Source: Anaerolineaceae bacterium (GTDB taxonomy: Bacteria; Chloroflexota; Anaerolineae; Anaerolineales; E44-bin32). Taken from it: a stretch of 64,000 nucleotides of DNA. The notes beneath the pieces were generated by a model. It saw only the letters and a list, made by a program, of their open reading frames with translations, did not search any database and was not told the origin of the DNA. Shown piece after piece: positions 26,842-35,323 of this stretch (position 1 is the stretch's first letter; every line of letters starts with the position of its first letter). The position numbers and the translations under genes are program-made. Location: the NCBI GenBank assembly GCA_020350285.1, contig CP070708.1, positions 3,301,970-3,365,969 of the forward strand, given 5' to 3'.

Positions 26842-28271
26842 AAGCAGCAATCTGGTGGATACGGCGCGATCTGCGTCTCAGCGACAATAACGCTTTACGA
26901 ACGGCATTCGAGCAAGCCGAAAAGGTCATCCCGTTGTTTGTGCTCGACCCGAAATTGCTTCGTTCACCCTATGTCGGGCAAAAACGATTGGCCTTTCTTT
27001 TCACAGGTCTGCGGCAAATGGAAGGTGACCTCATTGAACACGGCAGCACATTGATCATCCGGAAAGGTGATCCATTAGATGTTCTCCAGGCGATTACTTC
27101 TGAGACTCAGGCAGGGGCGATCTTCGCTGAAGCTGATTTCTCTGCCTACGCCCGAAGCCGTGATGATCAAATTTCCCATGAACTTCCATTGAAACTCGTT
27201 GATGGCTTAACGTATTGGCCGCCTTCGATGATCACGAAGGCTGACGGGAAACCTTATTCTGTATTTACACCATTCAGTCGTGCGTGGCGCGCCTTACCCA
27301 CCCGGAATGCATCAGATCTCCATCATACCCCACAGGACATCCCCACCCCTCTAGGATTGGCTAGCGATCAGGTACCCAACAAACCAATCCTGACGCCTGA
27401 GGCGCCATTCCAACCTGGAGAAAGGGAAGCTCAACATCGGCTTGATGCTTTCACCAAAGATAAACAGGCTCCTGTTTATCGTTATGCTGATGAACGGAAC
27501 CTATTGGACATCTCGGGTTCCTCGCGGCTCTCGCCCTATCTTCGCTTTGGTATGCTTTCAGCCTGGCAAGCTATCGATGCTGCCCACAAAGCAATTAATA
27601 CCGCCCCTACGGATGATGCTCGTGAAAGTGCTCAAACATGGCTCAGTGAATTAATCTGGCGGGAATTTTATATCCATATCCTCCATCATTTCCCACATGT
27701 GAGAACGCAAAGCTTTCGGGCAAACCTACGCACCATTCCCTGGGTGAATAACGAGCGTGATTTCACAGCCTGGTGCGATGGGCAAACAGGTTTCCCTGTC
27801 GTTGATGCTGCCATGCGTCAACTGCGCCAAACCGGATGGATGCACAATCGTGGACGTATGATCGTAGCTTCGTTTTTGGTCAAGGATCTTCTCATCGATT
27901 GGCGCTGGGGAGAGCGTTGGTTCATGCAGCATTTGATTGATGGGGATCCGGCTTCCAATAATGGAGGTTGGCAATGGACAGCCGGTACCGGTACCGACGC
28001 CGCGCCTTATTTCAGGATCTTCAATCCGGTACTTCAAAGCAAGAAGTTCGACCCCCACGGTAGATTTATCCACAAATGGGTGCCCGAATTACAAAATGTA
28101 ACCGGAAAGTTTGTCCACGAGCCCTGGAAGATGTCGAGCGAGATGCAAGAGAAAACAGGATGCGTCCTTGGGGTGGATTATCCCGCACCGATCGTGGATC
28201 ACGCCACCGCTAGAAAACGGACCTTGGAGGCATATGCTTTTGCAAGAGAAAATTCAGGATCGAAAGAATAA
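26838..28271 (+). CDS. phr: Deoxyribodipyrimidine photolyase (class I CPD photolyase family)
   Basis: WWIRRDLRLSDNNAL, SRLSPYLRFG, TGFPVVDAAMRQL...GWMHNRGRMIVASFL, DGD.ASNNGGWQW, PYFRIFNP. The ATGA overlap with uvsE suggests translational coupling. Confidence 0.92.
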   Translation: MKAAIWWIRRDLRLSDNNALRTAFEQAEKVIPLFVLDPKLLRSPYVGQKRLAFLFTGLRQMEGDLIEHGSTLIIRKGDPLDVLQAITSETQAGAIFAEADFSAYARSRDDQISHELPLKLVDGLTYWPPSMITKADGKPYSVFTPFSRAWRALPTRNASDLHHTPQDIPTPLGLASDQVPNKPILTPEAPFQPGEREAQHRLDAFTKDKQAPVYRYADERNLLDISGSSRLSPYLRFGMLSAWQAIDAAHKAINTAPTDDARESAQTWLSELIWREFYIHILHHFPHVRTQSFRANLRTIPWVNNERDFTAWCDGQTGFPVVDAAMRQLRQTGWMHNRGRMIVASFLVKDLLIDWRWGERWFMQHLIDGDPASNNGGWQWTAGTGTDAAPYFRIFNPVLQSKKFDPHGRFIHKWVPELQNVTGKFVHEPWKMSSEMQEKTGCVLGVDYPAPIVDHATARKRTLEAYAFARENSGSKE

Positions 28272-28400
28272 TTGAATGAATAAGTCAATGCCTCTCGCAA
28301 ACCATGTGGGATTCATAGCAAAGAATGCATCATGAATAAGACTTTGGGTCATGGGTTGAAGAGGTATAGGATTGAGTATAGAAGTTAAAGAGAAGACATC

Positions 28401-29876
28401 ATGAGCGGTATTGAGACTGTTTTGGTTACGGGCGCAACAGGTTATGTGGGCGGAAGGTTGATCCCTCGATTATTGTCGGAGGGCTACCGTGTTCGTGCTT
28501 TAGCTCGTAATTTAACACGAATACAAGATCGAACCTGGTTCAAGGATGTTGAGGTGATCGAAGGAGATGTCCTCGATCCAAGCACCCTGGAAACTGCGTT
28601 TGATGGCGTACAAGCTGCGTATTACCTCATCCACAGCATGATGGCAGGGCGTGAATATCACCACCGGGATCTCATGGCCGCAAGACAATTTGGATCATTC
28701 GCTGAGAAAGCGAAAATCCAAAGAATCATCTACCTTGGCGGTCTCGGTGATCCCGATGCTGATCTTTCGCGCCATCTCCGTTCACGCCAACAAACGGGTG
28801 AAGCCTTGAGAGAAGCTGGGGGGCCTGTTTTCGAATTCCGCGCAGGCGTGATTGTCGGGGCAGGAAGTATCTCCTTCGAGATGATTCGATACCTGACTGA
28901 GCGGATTCCACTCATGATCTGCCCGCGCTGGGTCTTTACACGGACTCAACCCATTCACATCTCCAACGTCCTTGACTATCTCATTGCTTCGCTCCGGCAC
29001 CCCGGAGATGAAAATCTCATTGTCGAAATTGGTGGACCAGAAATCATGAGTTACGGCGATATGCTTCAAGGTTATGCGAACGTGCGCGGTCTCAAACGTT
29101 GGATACTTCCGGTCCCAGTGCTCACACCCAGGCTTTCCTCGTATTGGGTTCACTGGGTTACCCCGATTCCGGCCGCAGTTGCTCGCCCCCTGATTGAAGG
29201 TTTACGCGATGAAGTCTTGGTCCGATCCGAAACAGCTCGTAATCTCTTTCCCGAAATTAGCCTTATCGATTATCAGGCCGCGGTTCGTAAAGCTTTGGAG
29301 GCTCTACAGGCCAGCGAGGTGGATACCTCTGCAAGAGATGTCGATGCCGTTCATCAGGGTGATGTCGTCCCTGTTAAGTTGACCACCAAGGAAGGCATGA
29401 TCATTGAACGTCGTGCGCTTGAGGTTGAAGCTCCCCCACATGTTGTATTCAAAGCATTCACGGGTTTAGGTGGCGAGCGTGGCTGGCTTTATGCGAATTG
29501 GTTATGGCGCATCAGAGGGGCCATTGATCGCCTGTTTGGTGGTGTCGGTCTTCGCCGTCATCGTCGCGATCCCGACCATCTTCGCGTTGGCGATGTGCTC
29601 GACTTCTACCAAGTTGAACACTTAGAGCCTGTTCGCATGATGCGCCTGCGAGCTGAGATGAGGCTTCCAGGACGAGCATGGCTTCAATTTGAAACTCATC
29701 CATTGGCAGAGGATCGAAGCTTCTTGGTTCAAACTGCGATGTTCGCACCGAAAGGGCTTATCGGATTGATCTATTGGTACCTGCTTTACCCGATCCATGC
29801 ACAGGTTTTCTCCGGTTTAATATCCGGAGTAGCTAATGAAGCAGTCAAGATGAAGCATGAGGCAGTATCAGGCTAA
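28401..29876 (+). CDS. NAD(P)-binding SDR/NmrA-like protein with a C-terminal DUF2867-like domain
   Basis: VLVTGATGYVGGRLIPRLL Rossmann motif and a ~180-aa C-terminal domain. The architecture as I recall it is SDR plus DUF2867. Confidence 0.7.
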   Translation: MSGIETVLVTGATGYVGGRLIPRLLSEGYRVRALARNLTRIQDRTWFKDVEVIEGDVLDPSTLETAFDGVQAAYYLIHSMMAGREYHHRDLMAARQFGSFAEKAKIQRIIYLGGLGDPDADLSRHLRSRQQTGEALREAGGPVFEFRAGVIVGAGSISFEMIRYLTERIPLMICPRWVFTRTQPIHISNVLDYLIASLRHPGDENLIVEIGGPEIMSYGDMLQGYANVRGLKRWILPVPVLTPRLSSYWVHWVTPIPAAVARPLIEGLRDEVLVRSETARNLFPEISLIDYQAAVRKALEALQASEVDTSARDVDAVHQGDVVPVKLTTKEGMIIERRALEVEAPPHVVFKAFTGLGGERGWLYANWLWRIRGAIDRLFGGVGLRRHRRDPDHLRVGDVLDFYQVEHLEPVRMMRLRAEMRLPGRAWLQFETHPLAEDRSFLVQTAMFAPKGLIGLIYWYLLYPIHAQVFSGLISGVANEAVKMKHEAVSG

Positions 29877-29896
29877 ATTTTAAAGGAAGATAAATC

Positions 29897-30277
29897 ATGG
29901 AATCAACTAAAACAACATCAACAACCTTGAATACTACGATCTATCGTGGGGTTACCGCACTTGCACTCATCGGTTTCCTGATCATGTTTTTCTCCATATC
30001 CACCGCATTTATCGTCGGTGACTTCTCTGCAGAGGGTAGCGTTATTCTCTCCCTCGCTTGGGGAAAAGTCTCCTTGATCGATGTATATATTGGTTTCCTC
30101 ATCTTTTCCGGCTGGATCATCTACCGAGAACGCTCTATTGGGCGATCATTGATTTGGGTGATTTTTATGATGATTTTCGGAAACATGACGGCCTGTTTGT
30201 ATATTCTGTTTGCGTTACGGCAAAGTCGTGGAGATTGGTCGCGATTTTGGCTGGGGCAGCGGACAGAGGCAAGCTGA
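29897..30277 (+). CDS. Small 4-TM membrane protein, DUF1475-like
   Basis: 126 aa containing W.KVSLIDVYIGFLIFSGWIIYRE...WVIFMMIFGNMTACLYILFAL. AAAGGAAG RBS. The family assignment is from memory. Confidence 0.5.
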   Translation: MESTKTTSTTLNTTIYRGVTALALIGFLIMFFSISTAFIVGDFSAEGSVILSLAWGKVSLIDVYIGFLIFSGWIIYRERSIGRSLIWVIFMMIFGNMTACLYILFALRQSRGDWSRFWLGQRTEAS

Positions 30278-30333
30278 AAGTATTGGTCTACAAAAAGAAA
30301 TGTTCAAATAAAAGAGAAGCACGAGGATATACG

Positions 30334-31185
30334 ATGACAATTAAGATTGTGACAGACAGCACCAGCGATCTCTCACAGACCATTGCAGATCAACATGACA
30401 TCACCATTGTTCCCCTTTACATCAATTTCGGTGATCAAAGTTATCTCGATGGCGTGGAACTTACGCGTGAAGAATTCTATAAGATGCTTCCAGATCACCC
30501 AACGCCACCATCAACATCAGTTCCAAGTGTTGAAATGTTTCAGAACATCTATCAGAAATTGAGTGCCGAGGGAGCGGATCAAATCCTTTCGATTCATATT
30601 GCGGGCAGCCTCAGCGCGACAGCTGACATCGCCCAGTCCACCTTGGAAACACTAACCGATGTGCCTGTAACGGTATTTGATGCCGGCCAGATCAGCTTAG
30701 GAACCGGTTTATTAGCCATTGCGGCCGCACAAGCCGCAGTTTCGGGGATGACGATGGAAGAAATCGTGTCCATGTTAAAAGATAAGGCGTTACGGACATA
30801 CTCATTCGCCGCGTTGGATACGCTTGAATACCTACGCCGGAGCGGTCGCGCCAGCAGATTTCGGTCCACGGTTGGGTCGTTGTTGAGCATTAAACCTCTG
30901 CTAAGCATGCATAATGGAAAGATGGATGTCGACAGAGTGCGCACAGAAAAAGGGGCAATCGAATGGTTGATGGATCACCTCGCCAACCTCCATCCATTTG
31001 AGGAGATCGCACTAATTCACACCAATGCGCCTGATAAAGTCGAAGCTTTTCGGCAACGTGCCCATCCATTCCTTCCAAGTGGCAAAGAACCGATCATCGC
31101 GGAGGTGACACCGATCATTGGTACGCACGTGGGCCCTGGCGCAGTGGGTTTCTCTTGCATATCAAAAGGAATTTCAAATCTATAA
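30334..31185 (+). CDS. DegV-family fatty-acid-binding protein
   Basis: IKIVTDSTSDL N-terminus, S.PS...F and LSATADIAQ. The start was trimmed to the ATG at 30334 because the 5' part of the track ORF overlaps the previous gene in another frame. Confidence 0.85.
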   Translation: MTIKIVTDSTSDLSQTIADQHDITIVPLYINFGDQSYLDGVELTREEFYKMLPDHPTPPSTSVPSVEMFQNIYQKLSAEGADQILSIHIAGSLSATADIAQSTLETLTDVPVTVFDAGQISLGTGLLAIAAAQAAVSGMTMEEIVSMLKDKALRTYSFAALDTLEYLRRSGRASRFRSTVGSLLSIKPLLSMHNGKMDVDRVRTEKGAIEWLMDHLANLHPFEEIALIHTNAPDKVEAFRQRAHPFLPSGKEPIIAEVTPIIGTHVGPGAVGFSCISKGISNL

Positions 31186-31214
31186 ATCGAAAAGAAAGTA
31201 AAAGGAGATTTAAC

Positions 31215-31994
31215 ATGAACAATGACAAACTTAGGCAGGCGATCGTCGTTGTGATGGTTATCGCCACCATCGTGGTCAACGGTCTAGCCACCGCGCTGCC
31301 CCTCAATGGGCAGACGACAGGAGAGATTTCGGACCGTTTTGAAGTATTTTTCGTTCCAGCTGGTTACGTTTTTACCATCTGGGGTCTTATTTACCTGGGT
31401 CTTGGCGCGTATGCGATTTTCCAGGCAATCCCCGCGCAATCAGACAATCAGCGTCTGCGTCGCATTGGGGTTCCATTTACCATCGCTTCTCTAGCCAACA
31501 TGGCCTGGATCTTCCTCTGGCATTACGAACAATTCCCTTTGACTTTGGTCGCGATGCTTACACTTTTGATTTCGTTGATCGTTATCTATCTGCGATTGGA
31601 TATCGGTCGTGCGGAGGTTTCCACAGCTGAGAGATGGTCTGTGCATGTTCCATTCAGCATTTACCTCGGATGGATCACCGTGGCGACCATCGCCAACGTG
31701 ACCTCACTACTGGATTACATAAATTGGAGTGGATGGGGAATAAACCCTGAAGTGTGGGCAGTGATTATGTTGATCGCTGGACTAGCGATTGCACTAGCAA
31801 TGAGCCTGACGCGAGGGGATGTCGCTTACTTGCTGGTCCTCATATGGGCATTTGTAGGAATCGCCATGAAACACCAAGGAGCCGCGCTCGTTGCACCCGC
31901 GGCTTGGATCACCTCGGGATTGGTCTTGGTCGTGCTTGTGGTAGGCGTTTTCCTGAAATCTCGATCTCTGGCGACGCCTGAATCCACCGGATGA
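31215..31994 (+). CDS. TspO/MBR-like tryptophan-rich membrane protein (long form)
   Basis: 259 aa, Trp-rich, about 7 TM segments. FFVPAGYVFTIWGLIYLGLGAYAI resembles the TspO TM1-TM2 motif. AAAGGAG RBS at the ATG at 31215. Confidence 0.4.
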   Translation: MNNDKLRQAIVVVMVIATIVVNGLATALPLNGQTTGEISDRFEVFFVPAGYVFTIWGLIYLGLGAYAIFQAIPAQSDNQRLRRIGVPFTIASLANMAWIFLWHYEQFPLTLVAMLTLLISLIVIYLRLDIGRAEVSTAERWSVHVPFSIYLGWITVATIANVTSLLDYINWSGWGINPEVWAVIMLIAGLAIALAMSLTRGDVAYLLVLIWAFVGIAMKHQGAALVAPAAWITSGLVLVVLVVGVFLKSRSLATPESTG

Positions 31995-32146
31995 GATGTC
32001 GGTCATATCACGATCGGCAAATCAAGGGCTGAACTCGAGGGATACTCACTTGAGTCTATACGGCTACGGGGTTTCCATCCTTGGAGTTCAGCTTCTCAAG
32101 AATTGAATCACATCGAAATCATCAACTAAATCATGAAAGGAGAGAG

Positions 32147-32491
32147 ATGATGATAGTGACGGTATTGAAGATCATTGCTGCGATAGCTACGATCGCCACA
32201 GGTTTGGTGTCTTTGATCCGACCCACCGCAATTACTGGCTTCACAGGATTGAGTGTGACAGGACCGCGCGGGGTCACCGAGATTCGATCCATACTTGGCG
32301 CTTTGTTTGTGGCCCTAGGCGCTACACCGCTTCTGCTGAACGTTCCTGCTACCTATCAGATGTTGGGAATAGCCTACCTCGTTATAGGCTTTGTACGGCT
32401 TGTGTCCATGATCGTCGATAAATCAGTTGAGCCATCGAATGTTATCAGCTTGATCGTTGAGATCGTTTTCGGCGTCATATTAGTTATCTAA
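32147..32491 (+). CDS. Small membrane protein, DUF4345-like
   Basis: 114 aa with 4 hydrophobic segments. AAGGAGAGAG precedes the ATG at 32147. Confidence 0.45.
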   Translation: MMIVTVLKIIAAIATIATGLVSLIRPTAITGFTGLSVTGPRGVTEIRSILGALFVALGATPLLLNVPATYQMLGIAYLVIGFVRLVSMIVDKSVEPSNVISLIVEIVFGVILVI

Positions 32492-32592
32492 GCTACCCAT
32501 CACACCTTAATCAACAATTATGCAGAGAGAAAGATGTGAAGAAAGTCGTAAGCCACAAACTGCAAGCTACTTGTGGGCTCTAGGAAGGGTTC

Positions 32593-33267
32593 ATGGAGAA
32601 ATTACAAGAGTTGTTAGAGGAATTTCGAAGCGTTGTCGCAGGTAGACAGAAGATCATAGATTCGATTCTCCCTCCTCTCACGTTTGTCATCGTGAACGAA
32701 CTTGCTGATGTAAATTACGCCTTGTGGTCGTCACTCGGTATGGCTTTGGTGTTCACGATGTTCCGTCTATTCAAGGGAGAATCTGTTGGGTACGCCGTGG
32801 GAGGTTTAGGAGGTGTTATCGCAGCAATCGCTATTGTGAAGCTGCTGGGCAGAACAGAGGGCTTTTTTGTGCCGGCACTCGTCTCGGGGTCGCTGACATT
32901 TGTCCTTTGTCTCGTAAGCATCATCATCAAACGACCGCTTGTGGCTTTTACCAGTCACATCACACGCAGATGGCCGTTAGGCTGGTATTGGCACCCGAAG
33001 GTCGTCGCGGCTTATCAAGAGGTCACCTTCTTCTGGACCATATTCTTTGCTTTACGTGTATTGGTTCAAATTGCCATCCTCCAAGGTGGAACTAGCAACT
33101 TCTTCGCCATCATAAATATCATCTTGGGTTGGCCAGCACTTATCGTACTCCTTGCCGGAAGTTATCTTTATGGATCATGGAGACTTCGACGACTCCAAGG
33201 TCCGAGTATTGAAGAGTACGATCGTGGGGATCCTCCACCATGGACGGGCCAATTACGTGGCTTTTAG
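32593..33267 (+). CDS. Integral membrane protein, possibly DUF3159-like
   Basis: 224 aa with about 5 TM segments and an N-terminal IIDSILPPLTFVIVN segment. The family call is tentative. Confidence 0.5.
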   Translation: MEKLQELLEEFRSVVAGRQKIIDSILPPLTFVIVNELADVNYALWSSLGMALVFTMFRLFKGESVGYAVGGLGGVIAAIAIVKLLGRTEGFFVPALVSGSLTFVLCLVSIIIKRPLVAFTSHITRRWPLGWYWHPKVVAAYQEVTFFWTIFFALRVLVQIAILQGGTSNFFAIINIILGWPALIVLLAGSYLYGSWRLRRLQGPSIEEYDRGDPPPWTGQLRGF

Positions 33268-33329
33268 TGATCTCCGAGAGTATCTTTATGGAGTAGGTTT
33301 ATGCTTGAACTCGAGCGAAGGACACTTTA

Positions 33330-33791
33330 ATGAATCATCTAAATCCTGAGAAGCTACACACCCGTTTTCTAAACGGAACAACAGACGCTGGACCACGCAT
33401 TCCGCGCTGCTATACGTTGACCCACTCGGATACCACGGGTGAACTCTTCTTAACGATTGGTCCTACCTATGATCAGGAGCAGATCTCAGGCTGGTACACA
33501 CGATTCATGCGCGACGAGGTGTTGGCGGCTTGGGAAATGGATGAAGAAGGTATGTCCCTCCATGTCCATGCTCATGTCAGCGGTGGATTGATCCTCGGTT
33601 CCGCTAAATGGCGAGAAAAGATCTTTCGCCGACACATGCCTTTGGTCTTAGAAGCTTTTCGGTATGGGGATCGCGCATTGGTGGTGAAATATCCAGAGTT
33701 GGATCAAGCACCGCTTGTGATCCATTTCCACGCCCCCACCCCAAAGGATGATCTGATTGAAACTTGGGGCACGCTTGGTGATTACAGATAG
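33330..33791 (+). CDS. STAY-GREEN (SGR) family protein, putative Mg-dechelatase homolog
   Basis: Motif series PRCYTLTHSD, GWYTRFMRDEVLAAW, MSLHVHAHVSGG, MPLVLEAFRYGD, YPELDQAPLVIHFH. It is colinear with the plant SGR core as I recall it: YTLTHSD, GWY..LQRDEVVAEW, LHVHCHISGG, LPVVL.AF.HGD, PEL..A.V.VYFHS. Confidence 0.8.
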   Translation: MNHLNPEKLHTRFLNGTTDAGPRIPRCYTLTHSDTTGELFLTIGPTYDQEQISGWYTRFMRDEVLAAWEMDEEGMSLHVHAHVSGGLILGSAKWREKIFRRHMPLVLEAFRYGDRALVVKYPELDQAPLVIHFHAPTPKDDLIETWGTLGDYR

Positions 33792-33878
33792 TACAGATAC
33801 ATAAATGGTTCCTCGGAGTTTTTCCTCCTGCTAGGCACGCCTTTTCTTGCAACAGAACCATGCGTGAGCCTATATCAG

Positions 33879-33915
33879 AAAACCGCCGAACGAGTCATTC
33901 GTTCGGCGGTTGAAA
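33879..33915. terminator. Bidirectional terminator hairpin between the SGR gene and the convergent small gene
   Basis: aaaaccgccgaacga-gtca-ttcgttcggcggtt, with an A-run 5' and T/A residues 3'. Confidence 0.6.
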
Positions 33916-33933
33916 TTCATTATGACAGGCATG

Positions 33934-34101
33934 TTACTTATCGGGAAGGGGCTCCCATGGTGAGATCCGACGGATTTTTTCAATCAGACGTCTGCGGGTC
34001 TTTACATCTTGTGTCTCTTCAAGCCTGGCTTTGAGTGCACGCAGTTTTCGCACTCGTCGTTGGCGCCGTCGAATATTACGTTGCTTTTCCGTCATCGGCA
34101 T
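33934..34101 (-). CDS. Small, highly basic Arg/Lys-rich protein (55 aa)
   Basis: MPMTEKQRNIRRRQRRVRKLRALKARLEETQDVKTRRRLIEKIRRISPWEPLPDK. GAGAGGTG RBS 7 nt upstream of the ATG at 34101; the track ORF start at 34197 was rejected. Confidence 0.5.
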   Translation of the reverse strand: MPMTEKQRNIRRRQRRVRKLRALKARLEETQDVKTRRRLIEKIRRISPWEPLPDK

Positions 34102-34214
34102 GAATACACCTCTCGCTATCAAGAACTCCCGTAAACTATAACGGAAGAGTGACGGACTTTCAAGGTTATGATTTGCGGTGGCAGGCATTGACCTCAAGGC
34201 ACAAGTCGCATGTT

Positions 34215-34249
34215 ACAAGCTTCAAGCTGCAAGCTACAGGCTTCAAGCG
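34215..34249. repeat. Heptamer tandem repeat (NCAAGCT) x5
   Basis: acaagct tcaagct gcaagct acaggct tcaagcg, read directly. Confidence 0.75.
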
Positions 34250-34257
34250 GTAAATTA

Positions 34258-34294
34258 CCTCCCCGCGAGTTTAAAACTCGCGGGGAGGTTTCTT
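34258..34294 (+). terminator. Perfect 12-bp GC-rich hairpin with a T-tract (terminator-like); no obvious upstream plus-strand gene
   Basis: cctccccgcgag-tttaaaa-ctcgcggggagg followed by tttctt. Confidence 0.45.
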
Positions 34295-34560
34295 CCGAGT
34301 CCTCTGCCAATCCAAAAGGAATCAGTAGCCGCAGGCTTGAGCCTGCGTTGGCGCACCTTCAGGGGTGCAACAACATTGGATATCACCTCCTCGAGAAACC
34401 GCATACAAATTACGATCCGTGTAGGGGCGTAATTAATGTAACCACAGGCTTTAGCCTGCGCTGACATACACCCTAGGTTGTCACTTCATTGGATATCGGA
34501 CCCCGAGAAGTTACTTTTACCGAGGGTGCGCAAAATGAAGTGCGCCTATACCTGCTAAAT

Positions 34561-34660
34561 GTCATTCCGAGGAGCCATGCGACGAGGAATCCCTATGTTG
34601 CAACTTCTTTAATCGATACATCATAGGGATTCCTCTCTCGTATTAAAATCTCGGAATGAC
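34561..34660. repeat. 100-nt compound inverted repeat (MITE/REP-like) with GTCATTCCGAG outer arms and GAGGAATCCCTATG inner arms
   Basis: gtcattccgag...gaggaatccctatg [24-nt loop] catagggattcctc...ctcggaatgac. Confidence 0.75.
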
Positions 34661-34772
34661 ATCTGCGGAGGCGAAATTACTGTACCCGCAGGCTTCAGCC
34701 TCCGTTGATGCATCTTGAAGCACACAGCTAAATCTTCTCATTACATTTGGTGGAGAATAGTGGTCACAACCC

Positions 34773-34813
34773 AATAAAACAAACATCGTCCTCGAGCCTG
34801 GTCGAGGACGATG
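34773..34813 (-). terminator. Rho-independent terminator of the kinase/receiver operon
   Basis: On the minus strand: catcgtcctcgac-caggc-tcgaggacgatg, followed by tttgttttatt. Confidence 0.7.
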
Positions 34814-34834
34814 TGATGTATTCGTCCCGATGAT

Positions 34835-35206
34835 TTATTTAGAACATAACTCTGAGATGTAGCGGATGAGCTCCTCGGTGTCAAGATCTTTGAGTAAATA
34901 GGATGTCGCCCCCGCTCGGATTGCGGCTTCTTCCTCCCACTCGGTGGGGTAAGAGGTCAGAACAACTAAACAAGGCGGATCGGATAGTTCCGAAATTTGG
35001 CGCATTATCTCTAACCCCATTCCATCACTCCGCTTAACCTCAAGCAGAACGACATCCGGTTCCTGCGCTTGGATATCCTCTAGTACCTGGTTAGCATCCC
35101 CTGAGTGACCGAGGACGGTGAAACCGGTAGCGCGACTCAACCGATCTGCAAGCGCAGATCTTACAGAATCGTGTTCGTCGACGATATATAACCGTGCTGG
35201 GCACAT
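34835..35206 (-). CDS. Single-domain response-regulator receiver with Glu in place of the phospho-acceptor Asp
   Basis: 123 aa. IVDEHD, then PDVVLLEVKRSDGMG where NarL-type receivers have LLD, then LVVLTS and YLLKD. No output domain. Confidence 0.8.
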   Translation of the reverse strand: MCPARLYIVDEHDSVRSALADRLSRATGFTVLGHSGDANQVLEDIQAQEPDVVLLEVKRSDGMGLEIMRQISELSDPPCLVVLTSYPTEWEEEAAIRAGATSYLLKDLDTEELIRYISELCSK

Positions 35207-35323
35207 ATAAGCTACCCGATGCTAAAAGTTAAGTTCAGTATAAGACCCCTTCAAAACATGCTCCAGTGAACAATATCCCAAAGTGATTTGAAACCTGTCA
35301 CGCTTGAAATTCGGGGTGTCAGA

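Noticed and set aside
30058-30333. N-terminal 92-aa extension of the DegV ORF given in the track
   Set aside because: The extension overlaps the DUF1475-like gene in another frame. The conserved DegV N-terminus (IKIVTDSTSDL) begins at the ATG at 30334, which has its own RBS.
34200-34815. Possible CRISPR array in the repeat-dense intergenic region
   Set aside because: The repeats are heterogeneous in sequence, length and spacing, and many are palindromic hairpins. There is no constant repeat-spacer periodicity and there are no cas genes in the window.
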